From contig NZ_LT934425.1 in the NCBI RefSeq assembly GCF_900232105.1, positions 3,030,001-3,062,000 on the forward strand: a stretch of DNA of 32,000 nucleotides, in the 5' to 3' direction. The DNA comes from Candidatus Kuenenia stuttgartensis (lineage in GTDB: Bacteria; Planctomycetota; Brocadiia; Brocadiales; Brocadiaceae). The position numbers and the translations under genes were made by a program. The notes under the pieces are model-generated. The model did not search any database. It was not told the DNA's origin and saw nothing but the letters and a program-made list of their open reading frames with translations. Shown piece by piece: positions 10,103-19,966 of the stretch. Position 1 is the first letter of the stretch, and the number at the start of each line of letters is the position of its first letter.

Positions 10103-10971
10103 CATGTAGTATCGCATGTTAAGCGAGCAAGAAATATCTTGTATTTTATTGAAGTGATATTAAAAATTAAGTTTTGTCTAATTCTAGGTCGATTACTTTT
10201 TTTACTGTAAAAAGTATACTTGTAACAATTTCCTTATCCGCAATCATTCAATTCTCCTTAGGTTTTCCTGCTGTTCCTTTAATACAAATCAAGTAAGCAG
10301 CGCAATTTTTTTGCACGTACAGCAGTGCAGTTTAATTTCTACCTTATAAACAGAAAATCTTTCGTAAAAAAGAAAATATATGACTCCATTGATTTTTTTT
10401 GTTTTTGGAGAATATGCAAGATTTCAACCTTACAATGGCTTGGAATTACGATAACCATTTTTCAGAAAATGGTTAAAAGTTGGGTAAACTAACAAAGACA
10501 GATATGCAAAAAGCTTTTAAATGGACTGCTCTGTTTTACAGATTTTGTGGGGAATTGTTATGGAGAGGCTATTTTATTAAATCTCTCAGAAAAAATATTA
10601 GTATTTTAAGCGCACAATACATTGCAGATATCAATGTTGTAAAATCCAATTAAAATCACTGCATTCATTTGCAGAATGTTTTTAGGTTTGTTTTTCGATA
10701 ACTTGTTTATGCAAAGTAAGTTATTGCAACTAAAGGATTATTTTTCTACCTTGAAATTTTCTTGCCAGTTAAATTTGTTTATGATAGTATTCACGAAAAT
10801 TTGTGTCTTTTAAATACTAAAATATAATGGCTACACTTTTTATAGAAGAAATAGTTTTATGATTTATGTAGTTTATATTTGTTTTATGCGGTTGTTTTTA
10901 AATGAAATATATCCCTATGTTTTGATCTCCGGTAGTTTAATAAATTACGCTGAATAGTTACAAAATATTTA

Positions 10972-11163
10972 TATAGTCAAACAAATAAGGTTTTCGAAAA
11001 ATTTACACACCCCCGGCCCCTCTTTTTAGAGGGGAGAGAAGAAGTCCCCTCTATCAAGAGGGGATTTAGGGGTGTGTTTGATAATATGCCTAGTCAAATA
11101 AATCTGTTTTTTAGAAAGCCATTTTATCGCCAAATCTCTAAAATCATATTTGTTTGGCTATAT
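10972..11163. repeat. MITE-like repeat, family A copy 1
   Basis: Terminal inverted repeats TATAGTCAAACAAATAAGGTTTTCGA ... TCTAAAATCATATTTGTTTGGCTATA; near-identical segments at 30545-30706; no ORF. Confidence 0.85.
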
Positions 11164-11464
11164 TAATTACTTGATTTTGATAGAATTTGATTAAAGTTTA
11201 TACCGTCCAAAATATTTTTAAGCGTTCGGGATTATAAAAGCACTTTCATTGTTTAAAGGAAAACGCTTAAGAACAACATTTCGTTGCTGAAAATAAGTCA
11301 TCCCAGCGTTTGGTTCTTTTCTTAGAAAATAATATTATTGCTTTAGTTAGTTAGATTTATTGGTATAATTTTTTTCACAAAGATGATGCTCTTGTGATTA
11401 TGCTATTAAAGAAAATTTGCAAAAAAGGTTGATAGTTTGTTATCAAAATAAGAATAAGATTGTA

Positions 11465-13179
11465 CCTAAATCCTGCAAACAAGGCAAAGCCTTGTTGCAG
11501 GAATAGGATTGAAATGGTAGGATTTCCAAGGTATTCGGCGGTATATTGATAACAAAAAACACCTGAAAGGAGATTCACCATTTCGATGAAGAATATAGCA
11601 AAAAAATACAGCAAAAGACAACCGAAAATCAAGGCAGAGATGAGCGGGAAAGGCTTAACGGTACATGCAGGGCTTTTACCGGTATTGAATTTATGGGTAA
11701 GCTGATGTTCCGGGAGAGAGTCCATGAAGCGGTCCATAAGGATCGTGGAGCAAATGCCCGGTATCAGTTTGTCGATGCGGTACAAATGGTAGTGATAGGG
11801 TTGATAGCAGGGGCGACATCGATGGTAGAGGTGATGAAGGTGTGTACAGATGAGGTATTGAAGAAGATGTCCGGTTGGAAAGAGGTACCTGTAGATACTA
11901 CGATAGGACGTATTATGAAGCTGGCGAGTCAGGGAGATATAGTGGAACTGACGGGGGTGATCCACCGGTTTAGGGGAAAGATATGGAAGCGTGCGGTGAG
12001 ATCAGGCCATAAACTCAGGAGTGCTCTTTGCGAAGTATGGATAGATGTTGATTCTACCGTAGATGGTGTATATGGGAAACAGGAGGGTGCAGAGGTAGGA
12101 TATAATCCGCACAAGAAGGGGCAGAAGGCGTATCATCCCTTAATGGCATTTATTGCAGAAACAAAGGAGGTATTACATAGTTGGTTCCGCTGTGGAAGCG
12201 CCTACACGAGTAACGGAGTAGTAGAGTTCATGAAGGAATGTATGGCGTACATGAATAAGGGGGTAAGGGTGGTATTTCGGGGAGACAGCGGTTTTTTTAC
12301 CGGAGAATTACTTGAATACCTTGAGTCAATATTGGCGGGATATCTGATTAAGGTAAAGCTGAAGAATCTGGAAGGATTGCTTGAAGGGCAGAAATGGAAT
12401 GAGGTGAAAGGGGAGCCAGGATGGGAACAGGCTGAATTTTGGTATCGATGTGCAGGGTGGGATCGTGCGAGACGTTTTGTGGCAGTGCGGCAATTGGTCA
12501 AAAGAGAAAAGAAATTAGTAGAAGTGTCCGTGTATGAGTATTTTTGTTACGTTACAACGGAGCGGTTAAGTCCGATGGAAGCGCATCGTTGTTATGGAAA
12601 GAGGGCTACCTGCGAGACTTTGATAGAAGAGAGTAAAGGACAGATGAATGCGGGGCACATACGTACGGGTGAATTTTTGGCCAATGCTGCGCTATTTCAG
12701 TGTGCGGTGTTAGCGTATAATCTTTTGAAGTGGATGGGATTGCTCAGTGGTGGAGTGATACAACAGTGGGAAGTAAAGACGATGAGACTGTGGTTAATCC
12801 GTGTGGCAGGGAAACTGGTGGAGAGAAGCCGGCAGATGACATTAAAATTGCCGGAGAAATTTCTCCATCAGGAGGAATGGGAAAAGTGGGAACGCATGTC
12901 ACTGGATGTAGTTTTTCAGTAGAAAACCGACGTTGTATTTCGTTTTTTTAGTCTTTTGAGAGTGGTAAGTATACCGCAGATGGAGACAGTACATCCCTAT
13001 CTTGATTTTCATTGCATCAGAGAGCACGTTTCCGACAATTTCCCATGTCTTTTTGTTTAAAGTAGTACAATAGCGCTACCACAATTGCTAAAAAACGGAT
13101 ATCTGTTATCGCTTTTTGCCAATCTTGGTAGTGGAAAATACTGATTTTCGCATTGCGAAAATCGTTTGCAGGATTTAGG
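11465..13179 (+). mobile_element. IS1380-family-like insertion sequence, 1715 bp, complete ends
   Basis: Perfect 16-bp TIRs CCTAAATCCTGCAAAC (11465-11480) and GTTTGCAGGATTTAGG (13164-13179), flanked by TTGTA at 11460-11464 and 13180-13184; encodes IS1380-like DDE transposase. Confidence 0.92.
11586..12922 (+). pseudogene. IS1380-family-like transposase, N-terminal part in a different frame
   Basis: 11586-11705 encodes MKNIAKKYSKRQPKIKAEMSGKGLTVHAGLLPVLNLWVS*; 11693-12922 continues with FMGKLMFRERV... and EVWIDVDSTVDGVYGKQEGAEVGYNPHKKGQKAYHPLMAF. Frames join only with a 1-nt correction near GTATTGAATTTATGGG. Confidence 0.82.
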
Positions 13180-13274
13180 TTGTATATTTTGTCTGATTTT
13201 TGGTGGTATAATTTGTTAAAAAAGTTGAATTTCTTTTTGTGTTAAGAATATATTCGTTGAAAGGAGCATTCTGA

Positions 13275-16043
13275 ATGGCGCCCAAGTATGTCTATTTCTT
13301 TGGAGAGGGTAAGGCTGATGGGAAAGCGGATATGAAGCATCTGCTTGGTGGTAAAGGGGCAAATTTAGCGGAAATGACTAATATTGGCATCCCTGTTCCC
13401 CCTGGTTTTACTATCACAACGGAGGTTTGTGATGCATATTATAAGAATAAGCAACAGTATCCCAAGGGACTTGACAAAGAGATAGCGCAAAATCTTTCCA
13501 TGCTGGAAAAATTGATGGGAGCAAAGTTAGGCGATTCAAATAATCCTCTGTTGGTTTCCGTTCGAAGTGGCGCTGCGGCATCTATGCCGGGAATGATGGA
13601 TACGGTATTGAATCTTGGTTTAAATCCAGAAACGGTAATGGGGTTGATAAAAAAAACGGGAAATGAGCGTTTTACGTGGGACGCATACCGCAGGTTTATT
13701 TCAATGTTTGGTGATGTAGTTATGGGGATTGAACGACATTATTTCGAAGAAATCCTGGACAAATATAAGAAAAAATCACGGGTCAAAAATGATACAGATT
13801 TGACAACAGAACAATTGAAAAATATTGTAGAAGAGTATAAGGAAATTTATAAAAAAAATGCGCGTGAACCATTTCCGAATAATCCTGCAGAACAACTTCA
13901 TAGAGCGATTCAAGCCGTTTTTGCATCATGGAACAATCCTCGCGCAATAAAATACAGACAGCTTTACGAAATTAAGGGGCTTATTGGTACGGCAGTAAAT
14001 GTTCAGGCGATGGTATTTGGAAATATGGGAGATCATTCTGCCACGGGGGTCTGTTTTACCAGAAATCCCTCAACAGGAGAAAACAAATTTTACGGGGAAT
14101 TTCTTATTAATGCACAGGGAGAAGATGTTGTTGCGGGTATTCGTACGCCAGAGCCGATTGCAAATCTTGAAAAAGAAATGCCAGCGGTCTATAAACAGCT
14201 TTTTAAATATAAGAACATATTAGAGAAGCATTTTAAAGATGTTCAAGATATCGAATTTACTATTCAAGAGAATCGCTTGTTCATGCTGCAAACAAGAAAT
14301 GGAAAAAGAACTGCTCCGGCAGCAATAAAAATTGCAGTTGATATGGTAAAGGAAAAATTAATAGATAAGAAGACGGCTATTTCCAGAATAGACCCTAATC
14401 AACTGGATCAGTTATTGCACCCGACTTTTGATCCTAAGGCAAAAAGAGAAGTAATAGCAGAAGGTCTGCCAGCTTCTCCCGGAGCGGCTACCGGCAGGGT
14501 CGTTTTTAGCGCTGAACAAGCAGAAAGATTAGCCGAGAAAAACGAACAGGTAATTTTAGTCAGGAAAGAAACTTCTCCGGAAGATATTGGCGGAATGCAT
14601 GTTTCTCAAGGAATCCTTACTACCAGCGGCGGTATGACTTCCCACGCTGCTGTGGTTGCGCGAGGAATGGGTAAATGTTGTATCGCTGGTTGTAGTGCTA
14701 TACATGTGGATTATAAAAAGCAGCTTTTTAAGGTAGATGGCAAGGTGATAAGGGAGGGAACGTTCATTTCATTAGATGGCAGTAGCGGTGAGGTAATGAT
14801 GGGGAATGTGGCAACTCTTGTACCCAAACTTAGCGATGATTTTGCCACACTCATGACTTGGGCGGATGAGATAAGAAAGTTGAAAGTGAGAACTAACGCA
14901 GACACTAAGATAGATGCACGGAAAGCTCGCGAGTTTGGCGCTGAAGGCATCGGACTCTGCAGAACAGAACACATGTTTTTTGGCGAGAATAGAATCGATT
15001 TCGTTCGGCAAATGATTCTTTCCGCCCCGGATGTGAAAAATTTGAAAACCAAAATTGCTTATATACAAAAAGAAATAAGTAATGCACAAAACAACAAGAT
15101 AAATGTTCTCAAAAAAGATTTAGCAAGGGCGCAGAATGAAATTAAATATCCCATGACGGCATATATGTCTGCATTGAAGAAATTGCTTCCTATGCAACGC
15201 AGAGACTTTGAACAGATTTTTAAAGAGATGGATGGGCTTCCTGTGACTATCCGTCTTCTGGACCCTCCCCTTCATGAATTTTTGCCTCAAGAGGAAAATA
15301 ATCAAAGAGAAATAGCAAAGCGGATGAAAATTAGTTTTCAGGAAATACAGGAAAAAGTTTCGGCGCTTCACGAACTAAATCCTATGCTTGGCCATAGAGG
15401 ATGCAGGCTTGGTATTACCTATCCCGAAATATATGAGATGCAGGTACAGGCAATTATCGAGGCTGCATGTAACATGAAAAAAAAGGGTATCATCATTTAT
15501 CCGGAAATAATGTTGCCCCTTATTAGTACTGAAAAAGAATTAATTATCTTAAAAGAGTTGATTCAAAAAAATGCAAAAGAAATAATGGAGAAAAAAGGCG
15601 TAAAGGTAAATTACCTTATAGGAACAATGATCGAATTACCACGGGCAGCTTTAATAGCAGATAATATTGCCAGACATGCTGAGTTCTTTTCCTTTGGGAC
15701 GAATGACTTAACGCAGATGACATTTGGTTTTAGCCGTGATGATGTTGGATCTTTCGTTCCGGAGTATATTGATAATGAAATATTAGAGAAGGACCCTTTT
15801 CAGGTTTTGGATCAGGAGGGCGTTGGGAAGTTGATTCAAATAGGTATTAATGGAGGGAGAAGCACGAGAAAAGAATTAAAAATTGGAATTTGCGGTGAAC
15901 ACGGGGGAAATCCTCAAACAGTTTCCTTTTGCCATGGGATAGGTATGGATTACGTAAGTTGCTCTCCTTTCAGGGTGCCAATAGCCCGTCTTGCCGCTGC
16001 ACATGCAGCACTTGAGCAACCTGTATCGCGTGCGACAATTTAA
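13275..16043 (+). CDS. ppdK: Pyruvate, phosphate dikinase
   Basis: 922 aa; LLGGKGANLAEMTNIGIPVPPGFTITTEVC, GGMTSHAAVVARGMGKCCIAGC, GEHGGNPQTVSFCHGIGMDYVSCSPFRVPIARLAAAHA. Confidence 0.98.
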   Translation: MAPKYVYFFGEGKADGKADMKHLLGGKGANLAEMTNIGIPVPPGFTITTEVCDAYYKNKQQYPKGLDKEIAQNLSMLEKLMGAKLGDSNNPLLVSVRSGAAASMPGMMDTVLNLGLNPETVMGLIKKTGNERFTWDAYRRFISMFGDVVMGIERHYFEEILDKYKKKSRVKNDTDLTTEQLKNIVEEYKEIYKKNAREPFPNNPAEQLHRAIQAVFASWNNPRAIKYRQLYEIKGLIGTAVNVQAMVFGNMGDHSATGVCFTRNPSTGENKFYGEFLINAQGEDVVAGIRTPEPIANLEKEMPAVYKQLFKYKNILEKHFKDVQDIEFTIQENRLFMLQTRNGKRTAPAAIKIAVDMVKEKLIDKKTAISRIDPNQLDQLLHPTFDPKAKREVIAEGLPASPGAATGRVVFSAEQAERLAEKNEQVILVRKETSPEDIGGMHVSQGILTTSGGMTSHAAVVARGMGKCCIAGCSAIHVDYKKQLFKVDGKVIREGTFISLDGSSGEVMMGNVATLVPKLSDDFATLMTWADEIRKLKVRTNADTKIDARKAREFGAEGIGLCRTEHMFFGENRIDFVRQMILSAPDVKNLKTKIAYIQKEISNAQNNKINVLKKDLARAQNEIKYPMTAYMSALKKLLPMQRRDFEQIFKEMDGLPVTIRLLDPPLHEFLPQEENNQREIAKRMKISFQEIQEKVSALHELNPMLGHRGCRLGITYPEIYEMQVQAIIEAACNMKKKGIIIYPEIMLPLISTEKELIILKELIQKNAKEIMEKKGVKVNYLIGTMIELPRAALIADNIARHAEFFSFGTNDLTQMTFGFSRDDVGSFVPEYIDNEILEKDPFQVLDQEGVGKLIQIGINGGRSTRKELKIGICGEHGGNPQTVSFCHGIGMDYVSCSPFRVPIARLAAAHAALEQPVSRATI

Positions 16044-16064
16044 TCAGAAAGATTAATTTGGAAT

Positions 16065-16155
16065 ATGCTTATGCATTTAACTCCTAACTAAACGAGTCAG
16101 AGAATACAAAAATACCCTTCTTAAGGGCACTATTAGGAGTCAAATGCATAAGCAT
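16065..16155. repeat. Long inverted repeat with an inner hairpin downstream of ppdK
   Basis: Arms ATGCTTATGCATTTaACTCCTAA (16065-16087) and TTAGGAGTcAAATGCATAAGCAT (16133-16155); inner CCCTTCTTAAGGG. Confidence 0.85.
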
Positions 16156-16177
16156 TTTTAGAATAATCGTGACACAG

Positions 16178-16212
16178 AAGGCATCCTCATTTTAGAAGGA
16201 TGCCTTTTGTGT
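16178..16212 (+). terminator. Possible intrinsic terminator
   Basis: AAGGCATCCT-cattttag-AAGGATGCCTT stem followed by TTTGTGTT; the T tract is imperfect. Confidence 0.5.
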
Positions 16213-16279
16213 TATGATGGAAAAAATACCTGTTAATGCATGAAATCCGGTTCTTTATGTATATATTGAATATAACAGT

Positions 16280-17053
16280 ATGATTGAAATATATAAAAAA
16301 TTGCCAAAGACAAATTGTGGTGAATGTGGAGATGCAACTTGTACCGCGTTTGCACTTAAAGTAATAAACTCTCAACGTAGAATACAAGATTGTCCATATG
16401 TTGCAAACAAAGACAGCAAACTGGCATTAAATAAACCCGTAGCTACCATGGACGATAATTACAGTCGTGTAAGTTATGAATTAGAAGCTGTGGCGAAATG
16501 TGTGAATTTTAAGGATGCAAGCGCTGCAATTGGCGGCGGGTATGAGATTAAGGATGGCGAAGAGAGAATAACGCTTAAAATGATAAATAAGCCATATGAG
16601 ATTCGCAGAAAAGGTTTATATGAAAATGATACATATTGTATTGATTCGTGGTCCAAAATTATCATTTACGATTATGTGCGCAGGCAGGGCCGCAGATCTT
16701 TAACCGCTGAATGGGTCACATTGGGATATTTTACAAATACCGCTTCACACGTTAAAGCCTTTCAGCGGAACGCCGAAGAGAAGATTGCCACAAAATTCAA
16801 TGATAATAAACAAGGATTGATAATTCGATGTAAAGAATTGGGTGGAGTTGCTGCACAAGGGCAAATGAGGGCCGATTATATTTATCAATTTGGTTTGTTG
16901 CCAAGGATACCCTTGTATATGTGTTTTTGGGAAGCAGACGATGAATTTTCGGCTAGTTGTAAATTGTTTCTTGATAGTAGTGCAGAAGATTATATCGATA
17001 TAGAATATCTGGCGTATCTCGTTGAAAGATTTGTGGAAATTTTTGTTCACTAA
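16280..17053 (+). CDS. 4Fe-4S cluster domain / DUF3786-like protein
   Basis: N-terminal MIEIYKKLPKTNCGECGDATCTAFALKV...CPYV four-Cys motif as in corrinoid Fe-S proteins; C-terminal domain resembles DUF3786. Confidence 0.8.
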   Translation: MIEIYKKLPKTNCGECGDATCTAFALKVINSQRRIQDCPYVANKDSKLALNKPVATMDDNYSRVSYELEAVAKCVNFKDASAAIGGGYEIKDGEERITLKMINKPYEIRRKGLYENDTYCIDSWSKIIIYDYVRRQGRRSLTAEWVTLGYFTNTASHVKAFQRNAEEKIATKFNDNKQGLIIRCKELGGVAAQGQMRADYIYQFGLLPRIPLYMCFWEADDEFSASCKLFLDSSAEDYIDIEYLAYLVERFVEIFVH

Positions 17054-17101
17054 CAAGACAACTTTTTTCCCTACAAGAAGAAAAAGGTAAAATACCCTCT
17101 T

Positions 17102-17252
17102 GTAACAGGTTCGTTTTTTTTAAAAGTCGGGGCAAAGCATTTTCTATAAATTGCCATAAATGTGCGCATACTCAAACAGGCAAATGCTTCGCCTCGACAC
17201 TATGCGGCAAAACACCGATATTATTGGAGTTTTTCAAAAAACTAAAGTGTTA
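17102..17252. repeat. Palindromic interspersed repeat, family B copy 1
   Basis: Shares AAGTcGGGGCaAAGCATTT, TAAATTGcCATAAA, CAAAC(A/G)GGCAAATGCTT and TTTTTCAAAAAACTAAAGTG(T/C)TA with 25163-25299. Confidence 0.8.
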
Positions 17253-17412
17253 GTGCGCCAGGCGAAGCTTGTAAAAGCCAGTTGGTTGAAAAGCCAACAT
17301 GAATGTTATTTTTGGTCGCGCCTTAGTGAATCTGTTTGAAGAGCCGTGTGCAGGAATACTGCATGCACGGTTCTATGTGAGGCGGCGGGAGTAATCCTGC
17401 CGTCTACACGAC
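17253..17412 (+). ncRNA. ORF-less group II intron-like remnant or miniature derivative
   Basis: Starts GTGCGCC; D5-like GAGCCGTGTGCAGGAATACTGCATGCACGGTTC (17341-17373), then D6-like GTGAGGCGGCGGGAGTAATCCTGCCGTCTACACGAC. Confidence 0.72.
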
Positions 17413-17605
17413 CTCCGCCTTAATTTTTTTTTGCCTTATAAAAAACAAATCAAGCAGTGTCCCTCTGTAAAATAGAGGCAATGCAATGCACCGCACTGCA
17501 GCACCGAACAATTTCCCTTCATCTCATGTTCAGAAAAATAACACATCTATTAATGAAGAGATTTAAAGTTGATAATAGATGAAAAATAAGATAGTATTCC
17601 CAAAG

Positions 17606-17683
<78 letters not shown>

Positions 17684-18175
17684 ATAATGACAACTACTTA
17701 CGACTACCATATACTTCCTGAATACTGAAAATTGTATACTTTTTGTATACTTCATTTTTTATTCAGTACTTTATCAAGTATATCAACAGCTTTTATTTTA
17801 TGACTTGGTGAAAGGTGTGCATAAAATGACTAAAACATAAAATTTAGCCACAGGTTGCACTACCACATATAATCTGAAAATGCAAATCAAGCATTCTTTA
17901 CCCACGGCAACGTCAAAGTCACCCTACGAAAGACGCGGATCAAGGATTTGTGCCAAAAGCTCCCGTCAATAAGTGGAGAAGAAGATAAAAAACAATAGAA
18001 TTTTCATATAAATGGGCAAAAATGAGTAAAACAAGCAAAATAGAGCGGGAGTATCCCTGTAGTAATGAAAGAGAGAGAGAAAAAAAATAAAGTGTTTTTT
18101 TTGTTCTCTACATGTTACATGCGAAGCATTTGAAGTGAAAGAAAAGGTCTTGCCGCAAAATTTCTGAGCGTCTTT

Positions 18176-18640
18176 GTTCGCAGCCTATAATGCTGCATTA
18201 CTAAATGGGTGAAAGTCCCATATCGGAAATTGGTTGTTTGACCGATTAGCTATATCTGACATATTGTAAAGGTAACTTGCAATATGAAAGCTCAGAAGTA
18301 AAAGTCCTTGCAAGCGAAGGGCAAACAAGTTTACGGGTCGTACCATAAAGGGAATATTGCAACCTCGTTACGCAGACCACCATAGAACTTGCGAAGTGGC
18401 GGCGAAACAGATACTAAACCACTGCAAAGATGGTGAAAGTTAGTATTACTGATGAAGCAACAACCAAAAGCAATCGGTAAATCTGTCGGGGTATGGATGG
18501 CGACACGTAAACAAAGTAGTGCAGAGTAAATTAGGGAAAATCTTGCTATCAGCCAATACAAGTCCGTACGGCAAAGACCTGTTAGACGAAGTATAATAAG
18601 GTAATGGGAGATAGCGAGCTGGTAGGTTGGAGGCCATTAG
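18176..18640 (+). ncRNA. Putative 5' ribozyme half of an outer group II intron on the + strand
   Basis: Structured ORF-poor segment GTTCGCAGCCTATAATGCTGC...AATGGGTGAAAGTCCCATA; same orientation as the downstream D5. Boundaries approximate. Confidence 0.5.
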
Positions 18641-18764
18641 CCTCCAACCCCCACTCGTCGCCAGATACTTTGGACAACGTGACAAAGCATCCTTTTTAAA
18701 CCATACGTCTTTCTCGTAGTTAGCGACCCCGACGTGTTGCTCTATAACAGAGAAAAGTCAAACA

Positions 18765-19966
18765 TCATGCTTTAGCACACGCCTTAAGAAATTCTCTTTC
18801 GAATGAGAGTAACCCCATTTTAAAGAATCGGTGAACAGGGAAACGCTTGTTGTCTGTTCTCCATTTTCTTGAGAACTTGAAACATCTCAGTCTCATGCGT
18901 ACCCAACAGTCTAATGAGCGATATACCTTTTGTACATTGCCCAGCCGAAAATAGTTGACATGCCCACGAATTACGGGGTTTAATGTATCAACGATGGCTT
19001 GCAGATTGACGCCCTGTGTACGTCTGGTGATGTCTCTGATGTTGTTCCTTCGGCAGGCTCAGGACAGGCTCTTGAGTTTGTTCAGTGATTTCGTGCTTAT
19101 ACCCTTATACTTGCCCTTGAAATCGTATCCGAGAAACCTGAAACCTCTTTTGAAGTTGGTGAGCTTGGTTTTATCCTCGCTCAGCTTCATTCCAAGTTTC
19201 CCTGCAATGATTTCTTTGACATAGCTGAGGGCGGCTGGGAGTTCATCTTTTGTTTTAGTCATGACAACGAAATCATCGGCGTATCGGACAAACTTATATC
19301 CAGCCTTTTCAAGTTCCTTGTCGATGATGTTACCGATAAGGTTTGCAAGCAAAGGGGAAATTACACCTCCTTGCGGAGTGCCTTTGTTTGTCTCATGCAC
19401 GATGCCGTCCTCCATGACCCCTGCCTTGAGCATGTTCTCAATACTGTTCAAAACCCATCCATCAGCAATTTTCTCACGTAAGGAGTCCATAATAAGCTTA
19501 TGGGGTATGGTGTCATAGAATGCCATTATATCGGCATCAAGGACGCTGGTATACCCTTCCTGCTTATACTGTTCAAGCCGTTTGATAGCATCGTGACAGC
19601 ATCGTGACAGCATCTGTCAGGGCGAAATCCAAAGCTGTTATCTGAGAATCCTTTCTCAAATATTGGCTCTATGATTTGCCTGAACGCCTGCTGTACAATC
19701 CTGTCCTTAACAATGGGAATGCCAAGAGGTCTCTTGTCATGCCTGCCTTTGGGGATGTATACCCGCAGGACAGGCGCAGGGTTGTATATGGCAGTCTTGA
19801 GTTCCTGATGGATACTCATGATATTCACATCAAGATTGGACTCAAATTGCTTAATACTTACCCTGTCAAGACCAGCTTTGCCTTTATTCTTCTTTACGTG
19901 TTTGAAAGCAGCATAAAGGTTTTTCAGACTAAACACCTTGTCTCTTAATGAATGATACTTAAGCAT
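18765..19966 (-). pseudogene. Group II intron reverse transcriptase/maturase, disrupted
   Basis: Motifs LGIPIVKDRIVQQAFRQIIEPIFEKGFSDNSFGFRP, KGTPQGGVISPLLANL, FVRYADDFVV; maturase region IRGHVNYFRLG...FFKMGLLSFEREFLKACAKA* ends at 18765. One frameshift and one internal stop. Confidence 0.93.

Noticed and set aside
10981-11100. Repeated CCCCTC / GAGGGG segments considered as a CRISPR array
   Set aside because: They are inverted, not regularly spaced direct repeats, and no cas genes are in the window.
14711-15089. Antisense and out-of-frame ORFs inside ppdK
   Set aside because: The ppdK reading frame is unambiguous and fully covers this region.
18621-18652. GGTTGGAGGC-CATTA-GCCTCCAACC perfect hairpin considered as a rho-independent terminator
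   Set aside because: No T tract follows and it sits inside the intron-like region, so an intron stem or insertion target is equally likely.
18700-18745. Minus-strand AACTACGAGAAAGACGTATGGTT considered as domain V of the antisense intron
   Set aside because: Short stem, no AGC triad and a poor match to the 34-nt D5 consensus; not supportable without a covariance model.
18955-19224. Plus-strand ORF containing LFLRQAQDRLLS
   Set aside because: Antisense to the group II RT; the QAQDR peptide is only the mini-repeat translated.
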